A stretch of DNA of 62,993 nt, counting the filler, from Reticulomyxa filosa (lineage: Eukaryota > Protista > Foraminifera): assembly GCA_000512085.1 (NCBI GenBank). It is 9 parts of 9 records of this genome, joined end to end, with 100 filler letters (N's around TTAATTAATTAA, not from the genome) between each part and the next. Parts side by side here need not be neighbours in the genome. Positions count along the whole stretch, not along the records: positions 1 to 25,048 come from ASPP01045938.1; positions 25,149 to 43,423 come from ASPP01005748.1; 7 more parts are not named here. One strand, 5' to 3'. Below are positions 15,130-27,951 of this stretch, piece by piece. Under the pieces are notes generated by a model, which was not told the origin of the DNA, did not search any database, and saw only the letters and a program-made list of their open reading frames with translations. How positions within the stretch are numbered: the stretch's first letter is position 1; every line of letters begins with the position of its first letter. The position numbers and the translations under genes are program-made.

Positions 15130-16100
15130 TTGTTCAAAGAACATCAGAAGTGAAATATTTTGAATTGCTACTTCCAAGAATGTGGCAAATATGCTGAACA
15201 GTCACACACCAACTTGGGACATAATGATGTTCTTCATATTGAAATATATAATTTAACAGTGTGTATGACATCATTGTTACTTGCTTGATTCTCCTTCTTA
15301 CACTTGCAAATAAACTAATTAAAATTGTTTTTGGTATCACCAGAAGTTGAACAAACACATACTGACATTCATTTAGTTCACGTTCACTTTCACATTCAAT
15401 TCGAATGCAGCAAACGTACAAAAATCAATTGCTTGCTCCAGTTAATTCATTTACGAATGCAGCCATATTGTCAAACGTTCAATGTGAAAATGATGATGAC
15501 AATTCTTAGTTAATGTTAAAAGACTAATGTCTAATAACTCAAGACAAATTGCAATAGAACAAATATTCTGCCCAATTTTGTTTGATCTGAAAAGCGTTTG
15601 TTTCGATATCTTGACTAGCACTGCGCTCAATATTTTGCATGTGTTTCTATTTTGTTTTTTGATTATCGCTTCTTTGATTACTTGGATATATTGAATACTA
15701 TTACTAATTACATAACGTTTATTTTTCAATAATGTTACAGTATTTGTTTTGAATTTGTACTTCCAGATCTTTTTCACTAATGTATTGTTTTTCTAATTCA
15801 TAGTATTCTTGAAATATTGTAGCTTTGCTAATACTGAAAGTAATAGCAATCTTAGTATATTTTAGTTCGTATTTGATTTCATGTTGTATTTCTGCAAATC
15901 AATATGATCAACATATGTAAAATCATTGACACTATTATTTGTATATATTTTTTCATTGTAAATTGCCTCAATAACGTATTTATAATAATCCAGTTTGTAT
16001 ATAGTTCCAATTGTTTAATCGTTTTTCCATATGTTGCCAAGATCAGATGTAAATTTTTTCAAATTGTGTTCATATTTTTCATGTTCATTATATAAACATT
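15130..16100 (-). pseudogene. Heavily decayed gene remnant containing a RING-H2-like motif
   Basis: ICSIAICLELLDISLLTLTKNCHHHFHIERLTIWL resembles C-x2-C...C-x-H-x-FH-x2-C-x3-WL with one Cys lost. Flanks are full of stops. Confidence 0.4.
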
Positions 16101-17399
16101 TATCAAAATACTTGCTTACAAATCTATTACATAAATAATGTCCACAATGAAGAATTTCTATCTTTTGTTGTTTATGATATATATACAACGTAATTGCAAC
16201 GCATACATGACACTTTTTTGCAATTTACTTCAATTAAAAAACTCATGGAAATAGATATAACAAATAATCAATGCTATATTCAGTCAAAAATTGTTTTTTT
16301 GAATCTAATGTCTGCTATTGTATTGTTTCAAATTTCTTTCTTCTTTTATTTTTCCAAAATAATATTTTATTGATTACTTGGTAACTGTTATAATATAACA
16401 AATGTAATGTTTATCTTTTTGTTCAAGAAATTTGATAAAATCTTCAAAAATTTCTTTTCTTTCAGAAAATTTTACTTTTCCTTTTTTTTGATGCGGTCGT
16501 ATGTTATTCTTTATAATTTAGCATCACATTCACTTTCATTTTGAGTTTTACTTTTTGGTATATATTATAAAAAGTTATCAGTTGTATTGAATTGATATAT
16601 TTACAAGTTTTGATATCCAGTGATATGTTATTGCATTCGTTTTGAGTATTGTTGTCCTTTATATACAACATTTTATTGATTTGTATACATAATTCACATT
16701 GTCTTGATATTCATTTTGTCTACACTATTCATTTGCCTGGGAAAAAGTCATATTTGCTTCAAATCGTTATTCTAAATCACTGAATCACTTTCTGTTTCAG
16801 CCAGTTTCCGTATTATCTTATGTTTCCACGTTTTTTTTTGTTTACACTTCAGCTCATCTTTACAATACTATTCTTCATCTGAATCAGCGTTGTTTCTATG
16901 TTGAAATCATAACTACCTTTATCTTCTTTGCCTCTTTTCATTCAACTGATTTGCTGTTGGATTTACACACTTTAGTATCAGGTGTTTAGTTTATGTTTTT
17001 TTGGTTTGCATCAGTCACTTTTCTTGTTTTCACATGCAATTTATCGCTTTCGTTCCTAGTGGTAGCGCATGTATGTAATCTTCGCTATATTCGCTGCACG
17101 TGACATTGTCTACAATCTTACAATCGTATTGCTCATTCTACTTTTTGTTAGTGCTCAGATTACAAGTCTTCAATTGTAACTAACTATACTCATTGTCATA
17201 TACAAATAATCTTCAAACAATCATTATCTGTAGTTTCTCCTGCCCACTATCTTTTAAAAATTACGATTTATTCGACACTCCAGCTTCTTTTTTAAAATCT
17301 TCACACAATTGACTACAATTCTGTTTATCCAATTCATTACTTTTATGTTTATGTGTCTGACCTGTCATTGTCTGCTTTTGAGGTAGTCAGTCTGTTCTT

Positions 17400-18760
17400 T
17401 GATAATTCGCGTCGTTACATACAACAAAATGGAAGCAAATTGAAGGAAGCGTACAAAATAGCTTCGCTCGGTTTCATCGACTCTCGTGGCAACAGCATAT
17501 ATGCCAAATCGTCTTTGGTGGAAAAGCGATTAAACAATCGCAATAGCACTTGTTCATAAACCTCTTTTTTGAATACCATTTTATCAATTTATGTATCGCA
17601 GCTTCATATTTCTTGGCTTTCTTCTTTTGATATTGTTTTCTTCTTTTTTCATGATGCTCTTTCGTTGCTTTTGCGTCCTTCTCATCAATTACCTCTTGTG
17701 ACTGTGATATGGGAATTTCCAATACCTTGTTTTTGCGATGTAAAGTTACGACGGCAATGATATCGGATTTTCGAGCAATTGATACATGACATCAAATGCA
17801 CGAAGTAATGTTTCAATGGCCCCAAATGAGTCTTCTTATTTCACACTTGCGCCCACTGCATTTTGCTCTGTTAATGCTTCCACTTGTGCGTCCGTCTTCT
17901 CTTCTTTCATTTCATTCGTTTTAATTGCTTGTGCTTCTGCTTTAACATTGCTTACTACATTTTTGTCTTCTTGGAGTTTCTCCAATTCAGTCAATTGGAG
18001 TGAGGACGCTTTATCTCGACGATGCAACGTTAAAGTGTCAAACAAGATTACATCCAACAATAACATTTGAATTTTGTCCAATCCGGGAAATGTGGGGTTT
18101 CGACCTTTTGTTGAATGGCCTGATGTATTTGTTAGATAGTCATGTGTTCATACTTGGCAAAGTCTTTGTCTTGATGCCACTGCGCGTTTTTTAAAGACGA
18201 TTCCAAAGACTTTCAAATGCATTGCTGTCAGTATGTTGTTTGTGTTTGCATAGTTTGTCACGGAATGCTGCAAATGGACTATTGTCCATTTGCGTCTTAT
18301 CATTTTTGAATCCACAGCGGATTGTAAAGCTTTCCGTTGCATCAAGTCACAATCCGCGAATGCGACCGTGTGAAAAGCGTAATTCGCAGTTCATTTCATT
18401 GGCTTTGATATTTTTCTTTATCAAGTCGTTCATATCCATTTCCACCCATTCGCTTTCATCCAATTTCGACAGCGACATTTTGATCTTGTTTTATCCGCTG
18501 CCTTCTTGTTTTCCTTCCGTCAATTCGAGTACGTATTTCGTCAGACTATTTGTCATCATTGTCAATGCAATTAGCTCCGATCACAACCATTGCTACATTC
18601 CATCGGGGACGCGCTTCAGTATCAATACATTCGCAATCGATGTTGAAACATTTTCAATGGCAACTCAGTATCTTTTGCCAACAGTGTATTTGTTTAATGT
18701 GTTTGTGCCATACAAACTGGTTCAATACCTCTTCTTCATTGTTATTTTCATTATTATTAG
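17400..18760 (-). pseudogene. Decayed gene, possibly cactin-like
   Basis: NQFVWHKHIKQ (about 18700), ANEMNCELRFSHGRIRGL (about 18370) and QIHQAIQQKV occur in the order of cactin mid-region motifs (FVWxK, KLRSKIRIRDGRAK, GIEGKI). Multiple frameshifts; similarity is weak. Confidence 0.3.
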
Positions 18761-19011
18761 ATATCTTCGATGAGTTGTGACACTTTTCCTTTTTTGGATA
18801 CTGGCCTTTGTTGGTGACAACAATTTGTTATGATATGTAATACCCACAATCAGACAAAACAAAAACTTGGTTGTTCGTGGGATCTGTCGGATACTCACTA
18901 TATTCTTTAAGCAATTTCTTTATTTGTGTTATTTCATTCTCCAGCACCGTTCATTTCTTCATCCCTTTATTCTTTTTAAAAAAAAATTTTTTTTTTTTTG
19001 ACTGAACTCGG

Positions 19012-19379
19012 TCACTCCCATAGCTCAAAAAGAACTGGGTGATTCTTGCAACCCGTTGCATATTGCTCCGTTCGCGTATTTAATTGTCTATTTCCGGAGG
19101 CTAAATGTAGCTTGCCTCCACAGAACTGTCCCATCCTGCCAACTTTGCAGTTGCCGTTGTTGTTCTTTTGTCTCTCCATTACGCTACCGCTGGTTCCGCA
19201 CGAATAGCAATCGGTACATGGGGTCCAGTAGTATGTAAACGCGCTTCCGCGTACCATGACAACATTATCACCGATGACAACGACAATTTGTAGTCACCGC
19301 TCATATAAGTGCAACTTTGGGATAATATTCCTTTAGCTAGTACACAAAAGTCAATAAAATATTGAATTGCAAGCAACAT
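19012..19379 (-). pseudogene. Frameshifted secreted protein with MRH (mannose-6-phosphate receptor homology)-like motifs
   Basis: A signal-like N-terminus is followed by CTYMSGDYKLSLSS, FTYYWTPC..C and IKYANGAICNG across three frames. YxxxPC and YxNGxxC are MRH-domain hallmarks. Confidence 0.45.
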
Positions 19380-19929
19380 CTTTAAGATGGTGAGTTTTTG
19401 TTTTTACAAAGATTTTTTTTTTGTTGATATGGCGTTTCGCACTATTTCCTTTTTTTTCAATTAGAACACGGAAAAGAGAAAAAGAATGTTGTAAATAGTT
19501 TTTTCAAATGTGCTTTAAGAGAAATAAATTTAAAAGATGATATAATTTTTAAGGAAACGGTATAAGCTAGTTTTGATTAGAAAAAAGAGAAAAAGGGAAC
19601 GTATGAAATTTTTGCATCAATTATAATTTAAAATAGAAGAAAGATCTGTTAGTGCGAAGATTTAATTAAGATGTTATTTGTTATTTCTTCATCCCTTTGT
19701 CATCGTGGACAACTCAACATCAGTGGTGCTATCAATATTATAAAAAGCCAAGGTGCCTTGCTTAACCCAGTAGCCTTGGGGCATTAATCTCAATTTGAAT
19801 CGGTTTGCAGAACGATCTTTGGCTTGATGCAAGGCTTGCATTTGAATTCGAATTCAAATTTCAATGGAAATTATCATTACTCTAATATTACTGTAGTAGC
19901 AAAGTTACAAGCGCTGTCTAACAAAGATC

Positions 19930-22260
19930 ATGTGTGTATGTTTTTGTACTTGTGTCTTGAACTGCTGTCGAGTATATAACATACAGTACTTGTGCGAAAA
20001 GGACACCAAGTGCTATTATGCTTCTTCATATTCCAAAGCTGGCGTCGCTAAAGGGCCCTCGCTCCAACAAGACCTGATCAAGTATAACGCATCCCTTACT
20101 ACGGCTTTATCACTCCTACATGGATGCAGTGTCAACACTTTATCGCCACTGTCTTTGACAAGTTTGCTTAAAAGTTCATTCACATATCCTATTTTTTTAA
20201 AAAAAAATGTACATATATGTATATACATACATTTGTATATGCATTTTTAAATGATTGGAAGTGAATTACGCATGTTTGGAGAGGGGTTGCAAATGGCCTG
20301 AGCAGTTCCAGGAAAGTTCCGTGCTACCAACTGTACACAAGTCGCAATGCAACAGTAGCAATGAAGCAAGCTCTTCTCACAAGTACTGCAGCAGCGGCTG
20401 AAATGGTGGTAACGAAACTGAAACCCGTGACAAGCACACAGACGGATAGTCTGATGACATCATCATCGTCTTAGAATCGCGGGTGGATAATGATAATGAT
20501 AATGATGCCTGTCGCAACGGACATCCAATGATCGCATCTTTCAATTGGTGAGTAACGACTGATGCACAGAAGTGATATGTGCCTTGCCGGAGACTGCATT
20601 TGATGAGCATTCGCAATTGAAAAAGCATTACTCGGATCTCCCTTGCTTGGCCAACACACGCAATCTTTCCACTCTGCATCACTCCCACGATTCGATTGTC
20701 ATTATCCGCCGCAGTCCCAAATGTTAATCGACGTCGCACTCGATTGCTTCTTGAAGCAGCTCTTAACGGAACTTTGGCCAAGCCTTTCATTCTCCCTTGC
20801 TCCGTGGCATCGTTGCTCCATCCCAAATCCATTGACACTGCCGAGTCTCTCTTATCCATTCCTAATAACAATAATAATGAAGAAGATGCGAAAGACTTAA
20901 AGATAATAAAGCATTGAACCAAGATGACGGGAAAAGGAATGGCCAATGGGTCTTTGAATGGATACAATGAAGAAGTGGAGTCGAGTTTGATGCGACTGCC
21001 ATCCATGACAACAACAAAGGTAATAACAACGACAAAGGTAATAACAACGACAATGACGATAAAAAAGAATCCGTTCTCCTCACGTCGCCACAAGTTGTCA
21101 TCGAGTTAGAATGTGATGTCATCGACTTGGGAGATAAATTAGCCAATCAAAACAAACATGAACTTTGTCATATTTGGAAGGATTTCTATCGCAAACAGTA
21201 TCCTAAAAAAATAATAGTTACATATATTATATATATATTTGTATATATTGGTAATATTGTTTGCTGAAATATGACAGATGCAAAAGTTCAAGATTAGATC
21301 ACTTTTTATGATTCGAAACACTTGTCGTATTACGTCGTGCAAAGCTATATGGACGAAAAATTACAATCGCAAACGGTGAGGCATATCGCCACCAACGACA
21401 AAGAAATAGACGTTTGGAATCGTAAAGACATTAACCAGATCGTTCGTCAAATATTAAAGATTGTGGAGCAAGAGGAACGCAGCCATCGTCCAAGTCCACT
21501 AAAGAGCATGAGCTTGTGCATTCTGCAACATCGCTGCGGGATCATGATGGAGATAGTTAGCGTGACAGTCAAAGTGAAAGTCACTCCAAAAGCAAAAGTG
21601 AAAGTGAAATTAGCACGGATTAGAGCCGCGATGATAGTGGACACAAAGACAATGATCATAAAAAGCACACAACATGCCGTGAGAAGAAAGAAAATATACA
21701 AGAGTCGATGGAAATGACAGATTAATTAGACATGGACGGAGTGGTGCCGTATACGTACAAGCAATCCAGTCAGCTCAGCTAGATACTGGTAGAACAAAGC
21801 GAGATAGACAATAATGAATTTGAAGACTTTCATATTGACTATCACGACTTGAGTCGTTTCATTTTTGAAAAGCAAAATGATGTCATTGAAAGTATTGGCA
21901 AATACATTGATTTGGCTGGTTTGTTTCTTTTTTTTTGTTTGATTTGTTTATTGTAATTCAAATATATAAATATATATGTATATTTATTTATGTGTTTTGT
22001 TAGGGAAAATTTCGTTACCATATGTGGAACAAGTGTTAAATCAAGACTTGCAATTTTATGCAAAAAATATATTCAAAACACTTATTTCTCTCACCATAAC
22101 AAAGCAATTGATCATTGTGCCGCTATCTTATTCCATTTGTTCCGGAGATTCTTTTCTATCGACATCTTTTCGGTTAACACGTTTGCAATGCAAATCAAAT
22201 AAGTCTAGACAAAAAAATATTATGTCCATTATCTATATTCGCTTCTAAAAAGGACGTTGC
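19930..22260 (+). pseudogene. Decayed multi-exon gene of unknown family
   Basis: Plus-strand coding-like low-complexity segments (NNNNNEEDAK, DNNKGNNNDKGNNND) and EQSEIDNNEFEDFHIDYHDLSRFIFEKQ, with intron-like tracts, stops and frameshifts. Confidence 0.35.
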
Positions 22261-22797
22261 GTAAAGATTAACAACAAAAACTGAGACAGCAACTCCTCCA
22301 CATAAGCTCACGTTTGGATTTAAATAAGTCACGTTTTCATCTACAATATCGATATACTTACTTTTCACTCTTCTCAATGGTGACATTATGAAAATTGTGC
22401 TTCCCCCTTTTTATTTCCGTTTCTTTAGTTTTTTTCTCTTGTACATGCTTTTTGATTGCTTTTTTCATAATGCAAGTAGTGGTCTTAACTTAAGACATTA
22501 AATTTCAATTGCCAAAATAAAAGACTTTTGCACAAAGGGTTTTTTTTAACGATTGTAACATTATAAACTTGGAAATGAGTGAACATTTGTTTTGTACCTA
22601 TCATTTATTGCAATATTTTGAACGGAATAACACCTTACAGCTGGGTGTGCTATGTATAAGCATCTTAGCATTGTTCGTTCGGCTATGTGTAGGAGTGGGT
22701 AGCCACAGCGGAACGCACAAGCCTCCAGTGTATAGAGACTTTGAAGCATAACTACATTGAATGGAAATAACAGTAAATTTGTTAATAACAGAGTAGG

Positions 22798-22878
22798 AAA
22801 GCGCCAGATTGAAGAATAATTAACGTCAAAAGAAATACTTTACAATATGTTAAATATCCTTTTTTTTTGCTATTAAAT
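22798..22878. repeat. Dispersed ~75-bp repeat, copy 2
   Basis: aaagcgccagattgaagaataattaacgtcaaaagaaatactttacaatatgttaaatatcctttttt differs from 11658-11735 by a few substitutions and an indel. Confidence 0.9.
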
Positions 22879-22879
22879 A

Positions 22880-23800
22880 ATATAGTTTTCTACTTTTGAT
22901 ATTGATACTTGTTTTAATATCATGTAATATGTTTTAAATGAATAATTTTTATACTTTGACTTGACTATATCTATAATCTAATGAATAATTCATCATTTTT
23001 ATTACTGCAAAAAACAATAGTATTTTCATTACAACAGTAGTTGATAATAAAAATTTTAGTTACATCTTGAATGAACTAATTTCATTACAATTGAATAGTG
23101 TAATTGATACATTATAATAAGTTTATTTCCACATATGTACTGTTAATAAATAATAACAATCAACTATCATATTTATATTTATTTGTATGAAGTTCGTTGT
23201 ATATGATTACATCGAATAAAAATCTTTGTATAATTTCCTAGTAATACTTGGTGATTGATTAAATACAAATTTATATTTCAATTATTGTTCAAATAATTGC
23301 TAAAGTTTGTAACTAAATTTTTTTCATCTTTGAAAGATATCACATTTGATATTATCACATTCACTGATTGCAACCAGTATTTTTTATTATTTTTGTTTCT
23401 AAATTATTAATTATTGCATTAGAATTCAAATTATTTTGAATTTAGTGTTTTATTTCTAAATTCTTTTATTATAGATTCATCTGAATCAATAACATTATTT
23501 TGTATATTAACTAATTCAAGCTTTAAATTTTTATTTATAATCTTTCAATTCAAAACAAAATTAGCTATGACGAACAAGGTCTTTAAATGTCAATTGCTTC
23601 ATCTTTATTAATTTTTCTCTTTCACCAATATCACACATACTTGAAACTATTCTTATTTGATTTTTTGATTGTATTTTTTGTATTTCTTTGAATATCATTT
23701 ACATTCAATTACATCATAATCAAAAATCTTTGTAGGAGATCTAATTGATTACAATACTTTAAAATTAGTTTTTTCTTATATTTCTTTTTCACTTAACCAT
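22880..23800 (-). pseudogene. Highly AT-eroded caspase-like (peptidase C14 p20-like) gene remnant
   Basis: Manual translation gives ILVAISECDN (about 23380-23350), FxQLFEQ*LKYKFV, LFNCNEISSFK and DVTKIFIINYCCNEN (cf. caspase PKIFIIQACRG) in the expected order. Absent from the ORF track. Confidence 0.5.
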
Positions 23801-25048
23801 ATATCCACTTTTGTTTTTATAAGTATAGATAGTTAGTCGTTCGTAAGCGACATCTGATAGTATGTCTGCAATATAATTCTTTGTCATAATAGCTGTTATT
23901 GTTATTGTTACTTTGCATAATGAGCGATATAGCAGCGCATCCCCTTTGTGCTACTCACAACGATATGCGGCGTCGTTATTGGTGTCAATAATAGCTTTTT
24001 CAATGATATAAGAATGTATTTGTACGCGATTGACTTTTCACATCGGCTTCGCCTTTGTCCGAGACCGTGACTTGCTAAAGATCAGACCCGTGGTACTATT
24101 GTCTCGTCCAATGCAGCTGCTTTGACGTGTAGTGGTTGTTTTCAATCTTTTCCAAGCCTTGTTTCAATATTGAGTTAATATCCAGTGCAAATCCAAACCA
24201 ACCGCTTTCTTAAACAACGATGATCATATTACATTGTTTGTCTTTATCTTTGTCTTTGTGATATTGTTTCTTCTAATCGTACAAAGTGAAAGACATGCAG
24301 CAAATAGGTTTGTCTGACTCCAACAACTAAAGAGACGACTACCAGAGCTGGAACCGGACTGGTATATGTGCAAGCTAATGGAACATGCGCGATGAGAATG
24401 GGGTTACTTGTGATTGGCATTTGTGAAGATGCAAAGAAAACGATGAATACGGTTAGAAGATGAAAAAAAGAGGGAATATACAAGTTTAGGGGAATCATTA
24501 CATGTGTGCGAATCCAATACTCGTCCATAATCGAGTATGGCCAAACAGCCAATATGACAATGCAAGAACATGTGTCTTTGAAACTCTACGATGGGGTCAT
24601 TTGGCACACCCCATCCAACATTCGATTGCAGACAATGTGCTGTGTGTTCATGTCGATAGTGAAATTGGCCAGTATTCCATAGTTGAAAAACGTATACCAC
24701 TCGATACACCCCGGAGATAATATCGACAAGAACGAGGAGCCATTGGTAGTCTTTGGGAGACACACTTCAGCTTTGGAGTCGAAGAAAAAATCCAAGCCCC
24801 GCGAATTCGCCGTATGACTCAGACGATTCATTATCCAGTGCTCAATTTACACAAACTCGATCATCGCCGACTTGTTACTGTTCAACGACACCAAGTTCGA
24901 CAGAAATTGCACGCCGATGTTCCCCAGCTCGTCTAGAGTCACAGCAATAACGAGTCCATCCAGTTGTCCATTGCAAACAACTGCTTGAACGAGGATATGT
25001 CATAATCACGTTCAATAATATGCAAAAGCCTACGTATTGGGTCTTTTC

Positions 25049-25148
25049 NNNNNNNNNNNNNNNNNNNNNNNNNNNNNNNNNNNNNNNNNNNNTTAATTAA
25101 TTAANNNNNNNNNNNNNNNNNNNNNNNNNNNNNNNNNNNNNNNNNNNN
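25049..25148. other. Artificial contig linker N44-TTAATTAATTAA-N44 (identical linkers at 43424-43523, 44712-44811, 49806-49905, 50976-51075, 53156-53255, 60452-60551, 61552-61651)
   Basis: The same 100-nt spacer, with stops in all six frames, occurs eight times. Confidence 0.98.
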
Positions 25149-25179
25149 AAAAAAAAAAAAAAAAAAAATGGGCAACTAG

Positions 25180-27700
25180 TCGTGCCAGCGTGAGCCATAG
25201 TGAATCGAGCAGTCGGAGTTTTTATGGGGTGGATTTTGAGCACGGGGTAAAGTTTTCGCAGCCGCGAGTGACATACCACCCGACCAGTTCGATCCCTGTG
25301 GTTGCGGAAATCCACGACTTGCTCCGCGACAGGGATGCTCGACTGTTCTTTGTGAGCGACGAAGACCTGCGACGACTGACGCACTCGGCGAGTACATATT
25401 TGACGGAAAAGAGCATTTCCTTAGATCTGCAAGCGACCAATAGTATTCACGGGAAATCGAACGGTGTAGAGAGATTGTCTTCTTTCATGGCAAAGGCGCA
25501 AATTAATGGTTAAAAAAAAAAAAATTTAATAATAAGATAAGATAAGATAAGATAAGGAGGGGGGACTCATTTCAAAAAAAAAAAAAAAAAAAAGTTCCAA
25601 TGGAAGAGGCGAAAATGCATCAACAAAAAACAAACGCGGAAGATGAAAATAATAATGGCAATAGCAACAACGGCGGCGATAATAAAAAACCCGAACTCGT
25701 GTTTGCCGTGAACGAAGGGGAGGTGTCCTTCGATTGGGGCAGGTTTCTGCTGGAATTTGTGTACAATGCGCTGGACGTGGTGGGACTGCCATTGGTGATA
25801 TGGCTGGAGGGTGTCACTGGCGCACGCTCGCGCTGCTACTGGGGCCTGGACTATGGCTCCACGAGCGTCGCCGGACACTTTTGGTGGATGTTGCATTGGC
25901 TCGTCAATGCGCTGTTTTTGATTCATCCTCAAAGGGACTTGTACGGCACTGTCATCATTTGCTACAACTTTCTGTACATTGCACGTCTGGTCATTATCGG
26001 AATCAAATGGGGATGTTACGTTTTTTTTGTTGTTATTATTGTTTTATTGATATCGATTCAAAAAAAAAAAAAAAAAAAAAACTTGCGTGTGTATGTGAAC
26101 ATTAATTTGATTTGATATAATTTAATTTAATTTAATTTAATTTGGCTTGGCTTGGTTAAAAAAAAAAAAAAATGAATGTATCAAAGACTTACCTCAGGGC
26201 GTGTTTGCACTCATGCGAAAACAAGTACTGACTAAAGAACAATTCGCAATGATCCACTTATTAGGTGGGTGGATCGGTGTCAATCCCTCTGGCTTGGCCA
26301 GAGAAATTGGACAAAGTTGTGCTCGTCTTGAATTGGATGTACGTTGTGTTCTCTTTGCGTGCATATGTACATATATATATATATGTATATTTTATATATA
26401 CGTGTGTATATGCATATAATTGCGTGCAATATAAATAATAAAAAAAAAGATTAACAAATTGCAATTTAAATTTGCCTTGGCGGATAAATTTCATCAACGT
26501 TCTCGTAGCTCGACTATTTGTGGACAGCGCAAAATCTACTCGACGTGGGGAAATTTGCTGATCCCGTACATCATTTATACCAACTCCATCTCTTTGAAAA
26601 AGTACGCCAAGTTGGTGGTTTTGACCAGTTTAGTTGGCTCCATTTCGGTCGCTATTCTTCCTGTCTTGAAGCGCTGCTTGGTTTTCCGTGATAAATCTTA
26701 CTCGGGTTTTGAAATCATGTTTCTCATTCTGTTCACTATGGTATTGTTCCAAAATGCACAAACCTTATTTTTGTTAAGTTGGAAGTACAAATATATTTCT
26801 TTTTTTTTTTTTTTTTGCAAATACAAATGTTTGAAAGATTTTATTATTAAAAAAAAAAGGTTTGGAAATGTCATTGCCCTTGATTTCCGCAGAAGATATG
26901 ACTTGGTTCGTTTGACGACACGTCTAATTCGTCCTGGAAAAGACCCTTTCAACACAGAGTACATGCGCGATACTTACCGCCAACATTTGTTCCCTATCGA
27001 GTATCACGAACAAGATCCCGCATTGACGTCCTCGTCTTTACATTCCTTAGAGTTTTCTTGCCACGATACTGTGTACAACTGGAGCTTATTGCGCTCTTTC
27101 TTTTTGGACTTTGGATTGCATTTCTTGCGTCGAGAAGAAGGAGACCTGGCTGTCTTGGTTTTGACTATGGCTATGCTGTATGGCACTTACTTCGTTTTGG
27201 TGTTTTCCGACGGAATTGGCCCCAGATCGCAGGTCTTTGATGGCACATTTGTACTTGCACTCGGTGTGTTCTTAATGCTGCCTGCATTGTTCAGCTTAGG
27301 ATATGCCGATAAAGTCAATTCTAAATTGGATGAACAAAGATATTTCCTCGCTGAAACTATGCTCAAATTGAAAAATGAAGAGTTGAACCATAAATCAGTT
27401 TAGACTGCGAACTACACTTTCGATTGTTTGTGTCGAGTAGCTGCATATGTATTTATTTATTTACAATTTTTTTTTTTTAATGTTTGATAGGAATATGGAT
27501 GCAGCCAAAACTCAATTCGCCGGTCAACAATTTTAATGGAAAAGATTATTGACATGTTGAATTCTGATAAATTCAGAATTCGATTTTTGGGTTACAATGT
27601 TGATACAACAACCACAGGGGTTATTGCGACAGTTATCGGTTCCGTTGGGTTTGGAGTTGGAAGAGTTGTTGCAAACTCGATCAATTGAAAATAATAAGCT
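25180..27700 (+). CDS. Uncharacterised multi-pass membrane protein (5' partial, about 6 exons)
   Basis: ORFs 25190-25513, 25600-26115, 26147-26419 and 26459-27403 can be joined by GT-AG introns (e.g. about 26015-26187 giving IKWGY-LPQG, 26773-26859 giving TLFL-FGNV). Several hydrophobic helices. Confidence 0.7.
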
Positions 27701-27951
27701 TGTAAAATTTTTTTTTTCTGTCACCCTCCAAAATTAGATCGAGCACTTACATCTTCTTTTAAGAAATCAAATTACCGTAAAAAAAAATAGCAAAAACTGA
27801 ACAGCAGGAAAAGTAGTGGAAACAAGGTTAAAATAGTTTTCCACAAAAGTGGACCAACTTACCAAAAAAAATTTGCAAACTGATAAAGTGAGTAATACGA
27901 GTGTGTAAGGTCCATATGAAAGCAAAGCGCAGAAGGCAATTAAATCAAAGC

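Noticed and set aside
23900-25048. IEWYTFFNYGILA resembling an MFS transporter motif
   Set aside because: The surrounding sequence does not continue as an MFS; it is a decayed coding-like region left unassigned.
25049-25148. TTAATTAATTAA palindromic motif recurring eight times, as a possible repeat array or recombination site
   Set aside because: It is always centred in 44+44 Ns; this is an assembly linker with six-frame stops.
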